Shown: in pieces, positions 11,376 to 23,197 of the stretch | How positions within the stretch are numbered: the first letter of the stretch is position 1 | Layout of the letters: each line of letters starts with the position of its first letter | Assembly: GCA_903876735.1 (NCBI GenBank) | Contig: CAIRAW010000038.1 | Span: 94,932 to 158,931 of the forward strand | Source: an uncultured beta proteobacterium | Lineage (GTDB): Bacteria > Pseudomonadota > Gammaproteobacteria > Burkholderiales > Burkholderiaceae_C | DNA: 64,000 bases | Reading direction: 5' to 3' | Program-made: the position numbers and the translations under genes | Notes under the pieces: model-generated | Databases searched by the model: none | The model's input: only the letters and a program-made list of their open reading frames with translations | Told to the model about the DNA's origin: nothing

Positions 11376-12123
11376 CAGCTTCTCCTCCCAGATAGGCCAG
11401 TCGCACACCCGGATCATTCATGGCATCGCGGGGCAGGCCTTCGGCAATCTTCTTGCCGTTGTCCAGCACCACCAGACGCTGGCAGATGCGCATGATCTCG
11501 CTCAGGTTGTGTTCGATCAGGATGATGGTCATGCCTTGTCGGTTGATGTCGGCGATGGTGTCAGCCAGGGCGCTGGCCTCTTTCGAATTGAGTCCGGCCA
11601 GCGGCTCGTCGAGCAGCAGCAGTTTGGGCTTGAGTGCCAGCGCGCGGGCCATTTCCAGACGCTTGAGAATGCCCAGCGGTTGCGTTTTCGGACTCTGCTG
11701 CGCGAAGGCGGCAATGCCGACCTTTCCCAATTCCTTGAGCGCTTGTTCGCGCTCCCCCTGGCGGTTGACATGACACAAGGCGGCCGAAGGGGTTCTGGTT
11801 TTTCTGCTACCTGCCGCAAAGGCGACGTTGTCCTGAATCGTGATCTCGCGAAACGGCTTGACCAGTTGTTGCGACAGTGCCAGACCGGCCCGGATGCGGG
11901 CATCAATCGAAAGGGAATTGAGGGCAAGGTCCTCCAGCATGACGCTGCCCCGGGTCGGCCGGACCACGCCCACAATGGCGCGCATCATGGTGGTCTTGCC
12001 GGCGCCATTGGGGCCGATCAGGCCCAGCAACTCGCCGGGTTTGACTTCAAATGACACATCGTCGATGGCCGTCAGGCCGCCAAACCGGACCGTCACGTTG
12101 TTGACGCTGAGCAGGGGCTTCAT
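11362..12123 (-). CDS. livG: HAAT ABC transporter ATP-binding protein, LivG-like
   Basis: MKPLLSVNNVTVRFGGLTAIDDVSF.., Walker A GPNGAGKTT, Walker B LLLLDEPLAGL. The start at 12123 lies directly after the livM stop. Confidence 0.85.
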
Positions 12124-12124
12124 G

Positions 12125-12967
12125 CTAGCGCCTTCCGTGCGCAATGGCGCGGCGCAGGGCGCCGGTGACGCCATCGGGTGAAAACCGCATCATCAGGAAC
12201 AGCAGGCCGCCGTAGACCAGCAACTTGTATTCCCCGACAAAGGTGAAGAGGGACGGCAGCAGGGACAGCACGATCGCTGCCGCCGTGACGCCGAGCACCG
12301 ACCCGATGCCGCCAATGACGACCATGGAGAGCACCGTCATCGACTCGACAAAGCCGAAGCTGTCCGGGCTGATGAATTTTAGATTGTTCGCGTACAGCGC
12401 TCCGGCCAGGCCGGCCATGGCGGTGCCCATGGCAAATGCTGCGAGCTTGAAGCGCGGCACATCGACGCCCAGCACGCGCGTGGTGTCCTCGTCTTCGGCG
12501 ATCGCATTGAATACCTGGCCCATCCAGCTGCGCCGGATGTAGTGGCTGAAAAGCGCGGCGACAACGCACAGCGACAACGTCAACAACATGAACGCCAGTT
12601 TCGAAAAGCCGGTGTCCGGGATGCCGGATATGCCCATCTCACCGCCCAGACTGTTCTGTTGGCGCACCACGCCGACAAACAGAAAGCCGACGCCCATCGT
12701 GGTGATGGCCAGAAAATCGGCGCGCACGCGCAGGCTGGCCAGTCCCACGACCAGACCAAAGCCGCCCGCCAGCAACATGGCCAGCGGCAGGCTCAGCAGA
12801 AACGGCAGGCCCATCTTGCACAGCAGGGCCGAAGCATAGGCGCCGATGCCGAAGAAGGCCGCGTGCCCCAGGCTGATCTGACCGCAAAAGCCGGTGATCA
12901 GATTGAGCGACAAGGCAAACAGGACGCTGATACCAACCGCGGTGATGAGGGATATTTCGTATTCCAT
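12125..12967 (-). CDS. livM: HAAT ABC transporter permease, LivM-like
   Basis: 280-aa polytopic ORF. ..LNLITGFCGQISLGHAAFFGIGAY.. is typical of LivM. Confidence 0.85.
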   Translation of the reverse strand: MEYEISLITAVGISVLFALSLNLITGFCGQISLGHAAFFGIGAYASALLCKMGLPFLLSLPLAMLLAGGFGLVVGLASLRVRADFLAITTMGVGFLFVGVVRQQNSLGGEMGISGIPDTGFSKLAFMLLTLSLCVVAALFSHYIRRSWMGQVFNAIAEDEDTTRVLGVDVPRFKLAAFAMGTAMAGLAGALYANNLKFISPDSFGFVESMTVLSMVVIGGIGSVLGVTAAAIVLSLLPSLFTFVGEYKLLVYGGLLFLMMRFSPDGVTGALRRAIAHGRR

Positions 12968-12974
12968 GCGCGCC

Positions 12975-13835
12975 CTACTTTCTGGAAAAAAGGCCTTGCG
13001 GCCTGATCATCAACACCAGGATCAGGAAGGCGAAGGCGATCGCATTGCGGTCGAGCAACTTGCCGAGATAAATCGTGCCGAAAGCTTCGACCACCCCCAG
13101 AATCAGGGCTGCCATCAGCGTGCCCGGGACCGAGCCCAGACCACCCAGAACAATGATCGCCAGCGCCTTGTAGGACGCGACGCTGCCCATGGTGGGTTCG
13201 ACCAGATTGTTGAGCAATGCGACCATGACGCCGGCCATTCCCGCCAGCGAAGAGCCAATGAAGAAATTCACATAGCGGACGGTCTTGAGGTTGATGCCAA
13301 ATGATTCCGCCATTTCGGGGTCGGTGACGGTCGCCTGGCACGCAATGCCCAGGCGCGTGCGGCTTTGCAGCATGGCCAGCACACCGATGATCAGCGCGCC
13401 CCCGACCATGACCAGCAACTCGGCCTGCTTGAAGTTCAGGGGGCCGAGCGCAACCTGCGCCTGCAGCGGTGGATTTTTGTAGGACAAGCCATAGGCCCCA
13501 AAGACGATGCGAAAGATCTCCTCGGAGGCGATGAACAGGCCAATCGAGGCAATCAGCGCGACAAAGGGCGGCTGATGCAGGATGGGCTCGTAACACAGGC
13601 GGTACATCAAGACACCGGCAAAGCCCGCCACCAGCATCGCCACCACCATGGCCAGGCCCAGGCTGTCAAACTGGTTGGTAACCAGCACGCCCATGTAGCC
13701 ACCGAGCGTGAACAGGGCGGCGTGCGCGACATGCAATATCCGCAGCAGGCCATAGACCAGGGTCAGCCCCAGCGCTATCAGCGCGTAGATGCTGCCCTGG
13801 ATCAGGCCTTGCGCAATCAGTTCGATGAACAGCAC
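12975..13835 (-). CDS. livH: HAAT ABC transporter permease, LivH-like
   Basis: 286 aa. MLFIELIAQGLIQGSIYALIALGLTLVYG is the canonical LivH N-terminus. Confidence 0.9.
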   Translation of the reverse strand: MLFIELIAQGLIQGSIYALIALGLTLVYGLLRILHVAHAALFTLGGYMGVLVTNQFDSLGLAMVVAMLVAGFAGVLMYRLCYEPILHQPPFVALIASIGLFIASEEIFRIVFGAYGLSYKNPPLQAQVALGPLNFKQAELLVMVGGALIIGVLAMLQSRTRLGIACQATVTDPEMAESFGINLKTVRYVNFFIGSSLAGMAGVMVALLNNLVEPTMGSVASYKALAIIVLGGLGSVPGTLMAALILGVVEAFGTIYLGKLLDRNAIAFAFLILVLMIRPQGLFSRK

Positions 13836-13874
13836 AGGCTCTCCTTGCGCAGGTGTTTCAGGATCGGTCGGCCC

Positions 13875-15029
13875 TTATTTCTTGACGCTGGCCTTGGTCG
13901 GCGCCGCCAGGTAAACCGGATCCGAGATCACGGCAAAGCGGTGGAAGGCCTTGTCTTTGACGATCTGAACCTGAATGTCCTTGTTCACTTCATGCAGGTC
14001 GTTGAAGCTGAGCTTGCCGATGGGTGTCTCGAAGGTGCCGCTGGCAATCGCGTTGCGGATCGCTTCGCGGTTGCTGACGCCGGCCTTCTTCATCGCTTCA
14101 ATGGCGACGTAGGTGGCGCTGTAAGTGGAAGCGGCCACCATGTCGGAGCCACTGCCCACAGCCTTCTTGAAATCGGCCAGATAGGCCTTGGTCACGGGCG
14201 AGGCGGAATCGCGGTCAAGCGAGGTCGTGACGTACACGCCTTCGGCCGCAGCGCCGGCGATTTCAATGAACTTTTCCGAGTCGTAGCCTTCCTGTCCGAT
14301 GACCGGGGCAGTGATACCGGCGGCGCGCAACTGGCTGACCAGCGGCCCGGCAGTGAAGAAATAGCCGGTGGCGTAGATCGCTTCCGGGTTGTCGGCCTTG
14401 AGGCTGGAGATCATGGGTCCGAACTGGCGATCCGACATGCCGTACTCGTATTCGCCCGTGACCTTGATCCCGAACTTCGGCGCGCCTTCCTTGAAGCCGC
14501 TGGCCAGAGCCTGGCCAAAGTCATTCTTCAGCGTGATGAGCGCCACGTTCTTTTTCTTCAAGGTTTCGCCAATCAGCTTGGCGCCCGCACGTCCCTGCAC
14601 TTCGCCCATGGTGGAGGCGCGGAACATGTAGTCGCCGGTCGTGGTCACGTCAGGGTGGATCGAGTAGGCCACCACATAGGGGACCTTGGCGTTCTGGAAG
14701 ATCGGTGCCGCCGCGCGTGTTGGCGCAGAGTACGAGCCCGAGACCGCCACCACAACCTTGTCTTTCTCGATCAACTTGGTGGCGATCGGAGCGGCTTCCT
14801 TGGGCGAGGCCTGGTCGTCGTAAATCACCAGTTCAATCTTTTCGCCATTGATGCCGCCTGCGGCGTTGGCCTGCGCCACGGCCAGCTTGGCGCCCTCCAG
14901 CGCCGACTTGCCGTCGGCTGCTGCGAAACCGGTCAAGGGCACATTGAGGCCAATCTTCACGTCGGCCTGGGCCAGGCCGGCCAGACACAACAGGCTGTAA
15001 ACAGCGGTGCGGGTGATTTTTGCTTTCAT
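13875..15029 (-). CDS. Periplasmic binding protein, Leu/Ile/Val-binding (LivK/type 1 PBP) family; ligand unknown, possibly hut-related
   Basis: 384 aa with signal peptide ..LLCLAGLAQADVKIGLNVPLTG.. and overall LivK-like pattern. The start lies only 53 nt downstream of the hutH stop. Confidence 0.85.
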   Translation of the reverse strand: MKAKITRTAVYSLLCLAGLAQADVKIGLNVPLTGFAAADGKSALEGAKLAVAQANAAGGINGEKIELVIYDDQASPKEAAPIATKLIEKDKVVVAVSGSYSAPTRAAAPIFQNAKVPYVVAYSIHPDVTTTGDYMFRASTMGEVQGRAGAKLIGETLKKKNVALITLKNDFGQALASGFKEGAPKFGIKVTGEYEYGMSDRQFGPMISSLKADNPEAIYATGYFFTAGPLVSQLRAAGITAPVIGQEGYDSEKFIEIAGAAAEGVYVTTSLDRDSASPVTKAYLADFKKAVGSGSDMVAASTYSATYVAIEAMKKAGVSNREAIRNAIASGTFETPIGKLSFNDLHEVNKDIQVQIVKDKAFHRFAVISDPVYLAAPTKASVKK

Positions 15030-15082
15030 GGTCTTCCTGTCAAGTTAAAAAACAGCTACTGCGCAAGCTGCGAAGCGTCCAG

Positions 15083-16645
15083 TTACCGGCCAAGCCAGGT
15101 TTGCAACCAAAGCTTTGGCAAGTCGGGCAAGGTACGAAAAATCTTCGACAACGAGCCGCTTCGCACCAGCGTGGTGGCGTACTCGATATCGGGCGCCAGG
15201 TAACGGTCCTGCGCGATGGCCGGCACCTGCTGGCGCAGCAGCGCAAGCACCTGCTCCAGCGCAGCCGAACTCGTCAACGGGCGCAAAAACTCGATGCCCT
15301 GGGCGGCGGCCAGCAACTCGATTCCGAGGATGTGAGCCGTGTTGCTGATCATGGCCTGCAGGCGCCGCGCGGCGAAGGTGGCCATCGATACGTGGTCTTC
15401 CTGGTTGGCACTGGTGGGCAGACTGTCCACACTCGCCGGGTGGGCCAGCGACTTGTTCTCGGATGCCAGTGCCGCTGCGGTGACATGGGCAATCATGAAG
15501 CCGCTGTTGAGGCCGGCGTCGGCGGTCAGGAACGGCGGCAGACGCGACACGCTGCTGTCGATCAGCATGGCAATGCGGCGTTCGGCAATGGCGCCCACTT
15601 CGGCAATGGCCAGGGCCATGCCATCGGCGGCCAGGGCCACCGGTTCCGCGTGAAAGTTTCCGCCCGACAGCATGGCGCCGTCCTGCGCAAAAACGAGCGG
15701 GTTGTCGGTCACGGCATTGGCTTCGCGTACCAGGACCAGCGCGCCGTGGCGCAACTGGTCCAGACAGGCGCCAACCACTTGTGGCTGGCAGCGCAGGCAG
15801 TACGGGTCCTGCACACGGTCATCACCGTCGCGATGCGAATTGCGGATGACACTGCCCTTGAGCAGTTCACGGTAGTAGCGGGCGGCGTCGATCTGGCCGG
15901 GCTGTCCGCGCAAGGCGTGGATGCGCGGGTCAAACGGACCATCGCTGCCGCGCGCCGCGTCGATCGTCAGGGCGCCAATCACCAGGGCGGCCTCCAGCAC
16001 CGGCTCGAAACTGAGCAAGGCGTGCAGCGCCAGGGCGGTCGAGGTCTGGGTGCCATTGATCAGGGCCAGGCCTTCTTTGGCGCCGAGCTTGAGCGGCGCA
16101 ATGCCAGCCTGCTGCAGCGCCGCTCTGGCCGGCACGCGCCGGCCCTCGTGCAGCATGTCGCCTTCACCAATCAGAGCCAGCGTCATGTGGGCCAGTGGTG
16201 CCAGGTCGCCGGAGGCGCCGACCGACCCCTGAGACGGCACATAGGGCACAAGGCCCGCGTTGTGAACCGCCAGCAGGGTATCGATCACCACTTCGCGCAC
16301 ACCCGAGTAGCCACGCGCCAGGCTGGCCGCTTTGAGGGCCAGCATGAGCCGCATGATTTCAGGCGCCAGGGGCTCACCGACACCCACGCTGTGCGAGCGG
16401 ATCAGGTTGAGCTGCAGCGTCTCCAATTGGGCTTTGCTGATGCGCTGGTTGGCCAGTTTGCCAAAGCCGGTATTGATGCCATAGACCGGCACATCGCCGT
16501 CGGCAGCATCCTGCACCACCCGCTGGCTGGCGCGAATGGCCTCGCGCGACGCGTCCGGAATGCTGAGCTGGACCCCATCGCCATGAATCGACTGGAGTTG
16601 TTCCAGCGTGATCTGGCCCGGCGCAAGGCACAGGGTGCGCGCCAT
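15083..16645 (-). CDS. hutH: Histidine ammonia-lyase
   Basis: 520 aa. MIO-forming motif [15 protein letters not shown] and the N-terminal [11 protein letters not shown] motif are present. Confidence 0.95.
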   Translation of the reverse strand: MARTLCLAPGQITLEQLQSIHGDGVQLSIPDASREAIRASQRVVQDAADGDVPVYGINTGFGKLANQRISKAQLETLQLNLIRSHSVGVGEPLAPEIMRLMLALKAASLARGYSGVREVVIDTLLAVHNAGLVPYVPSQGSVGASGDLAPLAHMTLALIGEGDMLHEGRRVPARAALQQAGIAPLKLGAKEGLALINGTQTSTALALHALLSFEPVLEAALVIGALTIDAARGSDGPFDPRIHALRGQPGQIDAARYYRELLKGSVIRNSHRDGDDRVQDPYCLRCQPQVVGACLDQLRHGALVLVREANAVTDNPLVFAQDGAMLSGGNFHAEPVALAADGMALAIAEVGAIAERRIAMLIDSSVSRLPPFLTADAGLNSGFMIAHVTAAALASENKSLAHPASVDSLPTSANQEDHVSMATFAARRLQAMISNTAHILGIELLAAAQGIEFLRPLTSSAALEQVLALLRQQVPAIAQDRYLAPDIEYATTLVRSGSLSKIFRTLPDLPKLWLQTWLGR

Positions 16646-16646
16646 G

Positions 16647-18353
16647 TCAGAGGCCTTTCATGGGCAGGTTCAAGCCGTGTTCCTGCGCGCATTGTTCTGC
16701 AATCTCATAGCCCGCGTCGGCGTGGCGCATGACGCCGGTTGCCGGGTCGTTCCACAGCACGCGCTCCACACGCTGCGCTGCTTCGGGCGTGCCGTCGCAG
16801 ACGATGACAACACCGGAGTGCTGTGAATAACCCATGCCGACGCCGCCGCCATGGTGCAGGCTGACCCAGGTGGCGCCGCTGGCGGTGTTGAGCAAAGCAT
16901 TGAGTAGTGGCCAGTCGCTCACCGCATCGCTGCCGTCTTTCATGGCCTCGGTCTCACGGTTTGGCGAGGCCACCGAGCCGCTGTCAAGGTGGTCGCGGCC
17001 GATCACGATCGGGCCTTTGAGCTCGCCGCTGCGCACCATCTCGTTGAAGGCCAGGCCGGCCAGATGGCGCTCACCCAGGCCGATCCAGCAGATGCGCGCC
17101 GGCAGGCCCTGGAAGCTGATGCGCTGCTGGGCCATGTCGAGCCAGCGGTGCAAGCCCGCGTTGTCCGGAAACAACTCCTTCATCTTCGCATCGGTCCTGT
17201 AAATGTCCTCGGGGTCGCCGCTCAGGGCCACCCAGCGGAACGGGCCGACACCCCGGCAAAACAGCGGGCGCACATAGGCCGGCACAAAGCCGGGATAGTC
17301 AAAGGCGTTGGCAACGCCGTAGTCCTTGGCCACCTGGCGCAGGTTGTTGCCGTAGTCCACCGTGGGGATGCCCATGTGGTGGAATTCGAGCATGGCTTCG
17401 ACATGGCGCGCGCAAGACTGACCGGCGGCCTGCGTCAGCTCTGCGTGCCGGGCCGGATCAGCCTGCGCCTGACGCCAGCGCTCAACGCTCCAGCCCGAGG
17501 GCAAGTAGCCGTGGATGATGTCGTGCGCCGAAGTCTGATCGGTCACGATATCGGGCCGGATGCCGCCCGCCTTGGCACGCCGGACCAGTTCCGGCACCAC
17601 ATCGGCCGCGTTGGCGCAAAGGCCGATCGACACCGCCTCCTTGCGGCTGGTGTGCTGCGCAATCAGGGCCAGGGCCTCGTCCAGATTGGCAGCCTGCTTG
17701 TCCAGATAGCGCGTGCGCAGACGGAAATCGATCGAGCTTTGCTGGCATTCGATATTGAGCGAGCAGGCGCCGGCAAAGGTGGCGGCCAGCGGTTGCGCGC
17801 CGCCCATGCCACCCAGACCTGCCGTCAGCACCCAGCGCCCGGCCAGGCTGCCCGCGTAGTGCTGGCGCCCGGCTTCGACAAAGGTCTCGTAAGTGCCTTG
17901 CACAATGCCTTGCGAGCCAATGTAGATCCAACTGCCCGCCGTCATCTGGCCGTACATCATCAAACCGGCGCGATCCAGCACGTTGAAGTGCTCCCAGGTC
18001 GCCCACTTGGGAACCAGGTTGGAGTTCGCGATCAGCACGCGCGGCGCACCGGTGTGCGTGCGGAACACGCCAACCGGCTTGCCCGACTGCACCAGCAGTG
18101 TCTCGTCTTCCTTGAGCTTGCGCAGACTGTCCAGAATGCCATCAAAGCACGGCCAGTTGCGCGCTGCCTTGCCGATGCCACCGTAGACCACCAGTTGGTC
18201 GGGGTTCTCCGCAACCTCCGGGTCCAGGTTGTTTTGAATCATGCGGTAGGCCGCTTCGATCTGCCAGTTGGCACAGGTCAGCGTAGCCCCGCGCGGTGCG
18301 CGCACCGGGCGTGCCTTGCTGTCGGCGAAAGGTGATTTTTGGAGAGCGAACAT
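16647..18353 (-). CDS. hutU: Urocanate hydratase
   Basis: 568 aa. ..[14 protein letters not shown].., ..[12 protein letters not shown].., ..[17 protein letters not shown].. are typical urocanase blocks. Confidence 0.95.
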   Translation of the reverse strand: MFALQKSPFADSKARPVRAPRGATLTCANWQIEAAYRMIQNNLDPEVAENPDQLVVYGGIGKAARNWPCFDGILDSLRKLKEDETLLVQSGKPVGVFRTHTGAPRVLIANSNLVPKWATWEHFNVLDRAGLMMYGQMTAGSWIYIGSQGIVQGTYETFVEAGRQHYAGSLAGRWVLTAGLGGMGGAQPLAATFAGACSLNIECQQSSIDFRLRTRYLDKQAANLDEALALIAQHTSRKEAVSIGLCANAADVVPELVRRAKAGGIRPDIVTDQTSAHDIIHGYLPSGWSVERWRQAQADPARHAELTQAAGQSCARHVEAMLEFHHMGIPTVDYGNNLRQVAKDYGVANAFDYPGFVPAYVRPLFCRGVGPFRWVALSGDPEDIYRTDAKMKELFPDNAGLHRWLDMAQQRISFQGLPARICWIGLGERHLAGLAFNEMVRSGELKGPIVIGRDHLDSGSVASPNRETEAMKDGSDAVSDWPLLNALLNTASGATWVSLHHGGGVGMGYSQHSGVVIVCDGTPEAAQRVERVLWNDPATGVMRHADAGYEIAEQCAQEHGLNLPMKGL

Positions 18354-18394
18354 GATTGGAATCTGTGACGGTTAAGGGTTTGTCTGGATAGTTT

Positions 18395-18410
18395 AGTTGT
18401 CTATACAACT
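18395..18410. promoter_or_regulatory. Probable HutC operator in the hutU/hutC divergent region
   Basis: AGTTGTCTATACAACT has inverted arms AGTTGT/ACAACT. The core TGTC-TA-TACA resembles the recalled HutC TGTA-N2-TACA type site. It lies in an AT-rich intergenic region between 18353 and 18473. Confidence 0.55.
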
Positions 18411-18472
18411 TATACTATAGCGGGAAAACCCTGAGAAGCGTGATTTTTCACGCGTGAACCCAATTGAGCGCC

Positions 18473-19183
18473 ATGCCCTCTTCCAAGTTGCCGGCCTATG
18501 AGCAGGTCAAAGCATTCGTCAAGGCCCAGATCAACCTGGGTGTCTGGCGTCCGGGCGACGCCGTGCCCAGCGAGTCAGCCCTGCAGCTGCAGTTTGGCAT
18601 CTGTCGCATGACCGTGAACCGTGCGATGAAGGAGTTGGCCGTGGAGGGTGTCGTCAACCGCATCCAGGGCTCCGGTACGGTGGTGGCACAGCTGCACCGC
18701 ATCTCCAGCACCCTGGCGATTCGCGACATTCACGACGAAATTCTCGAGCGTGGCCACAGCCACAGCACCACGGTATTGACGGTGGAGGCGACACGCGCGG
18801 ACGCGGCGCTGGCGCAGCTTTTCAAGCTGCGCTGCGGCGCCAGGCTTTTTCATTCCGTGCTCGTTCACCATGAGGACGGCGTGGCGATTCAACTGGAGGA
18901 CCGGCATGTGAACCCGGCCTCGGCGCCGCACTATCTGGAGGTCGACTTCACGGCCTGCACGCCAACCCATTACCTGCTGGACCATGCGCCGCTGACCGAG
19001 GCCAGCTACTCCATCGAGTCCGCACTGGCCAGCGCGCAGGAGGCCAAATACCTGGGCATCAAGAGGGGCGAGCCCTGTCTGGTGATGACACGCTGCACCG
19101 TCAGCGCTGCGCATGTCGCCAGTCTGGCGCGTCTGGTTTATCCCGGCATGCGCTACAGCTTCAGCGGAAAATTTCAGCTATGA
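18473..19183 (+). CDS. hutC: Histidine utilization repressor, GntR/HutC family
   Basis: N-terminal GntR wHTH (..PSESALQLQFGICRMTVNRAMKELAVEGVVNRIQGSGTVV..) plus a UTRA-like C-terminus. The ATG at 18473 is preferred over the TTG at 18464. Confidence 0.9.
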   Translation: MPSSKLPAYEQVKAFVKAQINLGVWRPGDAVPSESALQLQFGICRMTVNRAMKELAVEGVVNRIQGSGTVVAQLHRISSTLAIRDIHDEILERGHSHSTTVLTVEATRADAALAQLFKLRCGARLFHSVLVHHEDGVAIQLEDRHVNPASAPHYLEVDFTACTPTHYLLDHAPLTEASYSIESALASAQEAKYLGIKRGEPCLVMTRCTVSAAHVASLARLVYPGMRYSFSGKFQL

Positions 19184-19740
19184 GTTGGCAACAGATTGAA
19201 CTGGCGAATGTCAACGCCAGCCGCTGGCGCAATGGCGGCGGCGAGACCCGTGAACTGCTGGCATGGCCGACGGCCGACGACTGGGTTTGGCGCATGTCTG
19301 TGGCGGAGGTGGCTGCCAGCGGCCCGTTCTCGCGCTTCGTGGGTGTGCAGCGGTGGTTTGCGGTTCTGCATGGCGCCGGCGTGCGGCTGCAGGTCGATCA
19401 AACCGAACACACACTGACCGGCAGCAGCGCGCCCTTCTGCTTTGATGGCGCAAGCGCGACGCAGTGCGAGTTGCTCTCGGGTGCAACGCAGGACTTCAAT
19501 CTGATGACTCGCCAGCATCAGGCTTCGGCACAGATGCAGCGCATCAGCGGCGACCTCCGGTTGCGCACCCACAGTGCCGGTGTCGTCGCCGTTTATTCAA
19601 TTGAGGGCGAAACGATTGTGCGCTGCCAGCTGGAATCCGTGACGGTACCGGCACACTGTCTGGTCTGGCAAACCTTGCCCGCCGGCGTCGAGCTTGAGCT
19701 CAGCGCCAGCAACGCTTTATGGATGGAAATTGTTCAATGA
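19180..19740 (+). CDS. hutD: HutD family protein
   Basis: 186 aa. ..[16 protein letters not shown].. is a HutD-family hallmark. ATGA overlap with the hutC stop. Confidence 0.8.
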   Translation: MSWQQIELANVNASRWRNGGGETRELLAWPTADDWVWRMSVAEVAASGPFSRFVGVQRWFAVLHGAGVRLQVDQTEHTLTGSSAPFCFDGASATQCELLSGATQDFNLMTRQHQASAQMQRISGDLRLRTHSAGVVAVYSIEGETIVRCQLESVTVPAHCLVWQTLPAGVELELSASNALWMEIVQ

Positions 19741-20951
19741 GCCTGACACTGTGGACCAATTGCCGTTTGGCGACGATGCAGGCCGACGCCTTGCAAGCCT
19801 ACGGCCTGATCGAAGATGCGGCACTGGTGGTGGACGGCGACCAAATACAGTGGGTTGGCCCGCGCAGTGCCTTGCCGAACGACTTGCGCCAACGCTGCGA
19901 CGCGGTGCATGACGCGCACGGCGCCCTGATCACCCCAGGGCTGATCGATTGCCACACCCATCTGGTCTATGGCGGCGACCGTGCCCTCGAATTTGAACTG
20001 CGCTTGAATGGCGCTACCTATGAAGACATCGCACGCCGGGGTGGCGGCATTGCCTCGACCGTGCAGGCGACCCGCAGCGCAGGGCCTGACGAGTTGTTGC
20101 AGCAAAGCCAGAGACGCTTGCTGGCGCTGCTGGCCGAAGGGGTGACGACGCTGGAGATCAAATCCGGCTACGGCCTGGCGCTGGCGCACGAGCGCAAGAC
20201 ACTGCAGGTGGCGCGGCTGCTGGGGCAGCAGCACGGCGTCGACGTGCGCACCACCTTCCTGGGCGCCCATGCCCTGCCGCCTGAGTTTGCCGGTCGCTCG
20301 GACGACTACGTGGACGAAGTGCTGCGCATGTTGGCGCTGTTGCACGCCGAAGGACTGGTCGATGCCGTGGATGCATTTTGCGAGCGCATCGCCTTCAGCC
20401 CGGCGCAGGTGGAACGCGTCTTTGCGGCGGCAAGCCAATTGAAGCTGCCCGTGAAACTGCACGCCGAGCAGCTCAGTGACAGCGGCGGCGCGCAGTTGGC
20501 GGCGCGTTTTGGCGCCATCAGCTGCGATCACCTGGAGTGGCTGTCGGATGAGGGCGCGGCGGCCATGGCGGCGGCACGCAGTGTTGCCGTGCTGCTGCCG
20601 GGCGCCTTCTATTTTTTGCGTGAAACCCGGATACCGCCGATAGAACTGCTGCGCCGCCACGGCGTGCCAATGGCGGTCTCCACCGACTGCAACCCCGGCA
20701 CCTCGCCCTGTACCTCGCTGCTGTTGATGCTCAACATGGCTTGCACCTTGTTCCGCTTGACGCCCGAAGAAGCGCTGGCAGGCGTTACGCGCAACGCAGC
20801 GCAGGCGCTCGGCCTGCGTGATCGCGGCGTTCTGGCCGCCGGCATGCGCGCCGATTTTGTGTTGTGGGATCTGCAGCACCCGGCGCAACTCAGTTACGCG
20901 CTCGGGGCCCGGCCCAGTGTTCAAACCGTCTTCAACGGAGAGCCGCGATGA
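19737..20951 (+). CDS. hutI: Imidazolonepropionase
   Basis: Amidohydrolase metal motif ..[13 protein letters not shown].. and hut operon context. The ATG at 19737 forms an ATGA overlap with the hutD stop. Confidence 0.9.
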   Translation: MSLTLWTNCRLATMQADALQAYGLIEDAALVVDGDQIQWVGPRSALPNDLRQRCDAVHDAHGALITPGLIDCHTHLVYGGDRALEFELRLNGATYEDIARRGGGIASTVQATRSAGPDELLQQSQRRLLALLAEGVTTLEIKSGYGLALAHERKTLQVARLLGQQHGVDVRTTFLGAHALPPEFAGRSDDYVDEVLRMLALLHAEGLVDAVDAFCERIAFSPAQVERVFAAASQLKLPVKLHAEQLSDSGGAQLAARFGAISCDHLEWLSDEGAAAMAAARSVAVLLPGAFYFLRETRIPPIELLRRHGVPMAVSTDCNPGTSPCTSLLLMLNMACTLFRLTPEEALAGVTRNAAQALGLRDRGVLAAGMRADFVLWDLQHPAQLSYALGARPSVQTVFNGEPR

Positions 20952-21748
20952 GCTATTGCCTGCAAAGCGGCAATTCCGCCCTGTTGGTCAGCATGCCGCA
21001 CATCGGCACCGAGATACCGTCGGCCTTGCGAGCTGCTTACGTGCCGCGCGCCCTGTCGCTGGAAGACACCGACTGGCATCTGGAGCGCCTGTACGACTTT
21101 TTGCCCGAACTCGGCGCCAGCGTGCTGCGAGCGCATTACTCGCGTTATGTCATTGACCTGAACCGTCCGCCCGACGACGCGCCCATGTACCCGGGAGCCT
21201 CCAACACCGAACTCTGCCCGACCCATTTCTTCACCGGCGACGCGCTCTATCAAGCAAACAGCGAACCGGCGGCCGGGGAACGCGCCAGGCGGCGCCAAAC
21301 CTATTGGCTTCCCTACCACACGGCCCTGAAACGCGAACTGGAGCGCATCAAGGCCATCCATGGTTACGCCTTGCTGTGGGACGCGCACAGCATCCGCTCG
21401 CAGATACCCTGGCTGTTTGAAGGGGTCCTGCCTGGACTCAATCTCGGCACGGCCAATGGCAGCAGCGCAGACCCGTCAATTGCTCGCGCGCTGGAACAGG
21501 TCTGCACGGCCCAAGACCAGGTGAGCTATGTCGTCAACGGCCGCTTCAAGGGCGGCTACATCACGCGCCAGTACGGCACGCCACAGACCGGCGTGCATGC
21601 GGTGCAACTCGAAATGTGCCAGTACCTCTACATGCGCGAAGCCCTTCCCTTTGACTATGACGCGCGCAAGGCGAGCGAGATTCAACCCCTGCTCAAGGCG
21701 ATGCTGACGGCAGCGCTCAGCGCTTGCGGAGCCCTTTATGAAAAGTAA
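20948..21748 (+). CDS. hutG: N-formylglutamate deformylase (amidohydrolase)
   Basis: [24 protein letters not shown].. plus ..[11 protein letters not shown].. (FGase family). ATGA overlap with the hutI stop. Confidence 0.85.
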   Translation: MSYCLQSGNSALLVSMPHIGTEIPSALRAAYVPRALSLEDTDWHLERLYDFLPELGASVLRAHYSRYVIDLNRPPDDAPMYPGASNTELCPTHFFTGDALYQANSEPAAGERARRRQTYWLPYHTALKRELERIKAIHGYALLWDAHSIRSQIPWLFEGVLPGLNLGTANGSSADPSIARALEQVCTAQDQVSYVVNGRFKGGYITRQYGTPQTGVHAVQLEMCQYLYMREALPFDYDARKASEIQPLLKAMLTAALSACGALYEK

Positions 21749-23159
21749 GACCAAACTTTTTTTCGCGGCAAACGCCTGGGTACAAGGTGCCTGGGCGCGC
21801 GATGTCCTGCTGACGGTCGGCGCCGACGGCGCCTGGTCAGATATCAAACCCAATGCAACGCTGCCAGACCGGCGTGGCGCCAGCGTGCTTGAAGGGCCGG
21901 TATTGCCCGGCGTCGTCAACGCCCACAGCCACGCTTTCCAACGCGCCATGGCCGGACTCACCGAACAGAGCGCGGCAGCGGGCAGCGGTGTAACAGACGA
22001 TTTCTGGAGCTGGCGCGACCGCATGTACTCGGTCGCCCTGCGCATCACGCCGCGGCAGATGGAGAGCATCGCCGCCCTGCTCTACGCAGAATTGCTGGCC
22101 GGCGGCTACACCCAGGTCTGCGAATTTCATTACCTGCACAACGCGGTTGACGCCCAGGCCTACGCTGACCCGCTGGAGATGTCGCTGGCCCTGGTGCGCG
22201 CAGCGCAGCGCGTGGGCATGGGCTTGACGCTGTTGCCAACCTTGTACATGCGCGCCGGCTTTGACAGCCCCCGACTGCGTGACGACCAGCGCCGCTTTGC
22301 CTCGACACCAGACAGCGTATTGCGTCTGGTCGAAGGCGTGCAAAGCCAGGTTGGCGATCTGGCCGGCATCAATGTCGGCGTCGCCGTGCATTCGCTGCGC
22401 GCCGCCGATGCAACGGCCATCCAGGAGGTCGCCGCGTTTGCCAGCAGGAACGGGCTTGCCCAGCACATCCACATCGCCGAGCAAATGCAGGAGGTGCAGG
22501 ACTGCCTTGCGCACACCGGCAAGCGTCCGATCGACTTGCTGTTCGAGACCCAGCGCGTCGATGCGCGCTGGAACCTGGTGCATGCCACACAGGCGACGGC
22601 ACTCGAGTTGCGTGCGGTTGCGCAAAGTGGCGCCAGCATTGTCATTTGTCCCGGCACCGAGGCCAACCTGGGCGACGGTGTGTTTGACTATGCGGCCTAT
22701 GCCGGTATCGGCGGCCACTGGTCGATTGGGTCCGACAGCCACGTCACGCGCCGCTGGAGCGAGGAACTTCGCCTGCTCGAGTATTCACAACGCCTGACCC
22801 GGCACAAACGCAATGTCGCCAGCCAGACCGGCGACTGCATCAGCACCGCAGCAGCGCTTTTTGAAGCGGCTTTGTCGGGTGGGAAGTCGGCCACGTCGCT
22901 TGCACTGGGTGGTCTGGTGGTCGGATGCCGAGCCGATTTCCTGGTACTCGACATGCGCTCAGCCGCACTGCTGGGCGTGCCCAGCGAGAACCTGCTCGAT
23001 GCATTGGTCTTTTCCAGTCCGGACGCCCGATTCAAGTCGGTCTTTGTGGCGGGAAATCAGGTGCTAGCCGAGGGCAGCGCCTGCGCCTTGGCATCAGAGC
23101 CCGGCCCGCACTCTGGAATCGAACGCGATTTTGTTGATACGATGAAAGCGCTTTTTTGA
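21738..23159 (+). CDS. hutF: Formimidoylglutamate deiminase
   Basis: 473 aa. Amidohydrolase motif ..GVVNAHSHAFQRAMAG.. is present. Together with hutG this indicates the five-step Hut pathway. Confidence 0.9.
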   Translation: MKSKTKLFFAANAWVQGAWARDVLLTVGADGAWSDIKPNATLPDRRGASVLEGPVLPGVVNAHSHAFQRAMAGLTEQSAAAGSGVTDDFWSWRDRMYSVALRITPRQMESIAALLYAELLAGGYTQVCEFHYLHNAVDAQAYADPLEMSLALVRAAQRVGMGLTLLPTLYMRAGFDSPRLRDDQRRFASTPDSVLRLVEGVQSQVGDLAGINVGVAVHSLRAADATAIQEVAAFASRNGLAQHIHIAEQMQEVQDCLAHTGKRPIDLLFETQRVDARWNLVHATQATALELRAVAQSGASIVICPGTEANLGDGVFDYAAYAGIGGHWSIGSDSHVTRRWSEELRLLEYSQRLTRHKRNVASQTGDCISTAAALFEAALSGGKSATSLALGGLVVGCRADFLVLDMRSAALLGVPSENLLDALVFSSPDARFKSVFVAGNQVLAEGSACALASEPGPHSGIERDFVDTMKALF

Positions 23160-23197
23160 ACACTTGATTGAAACCGTCGCAAAACAACAATCAGCAG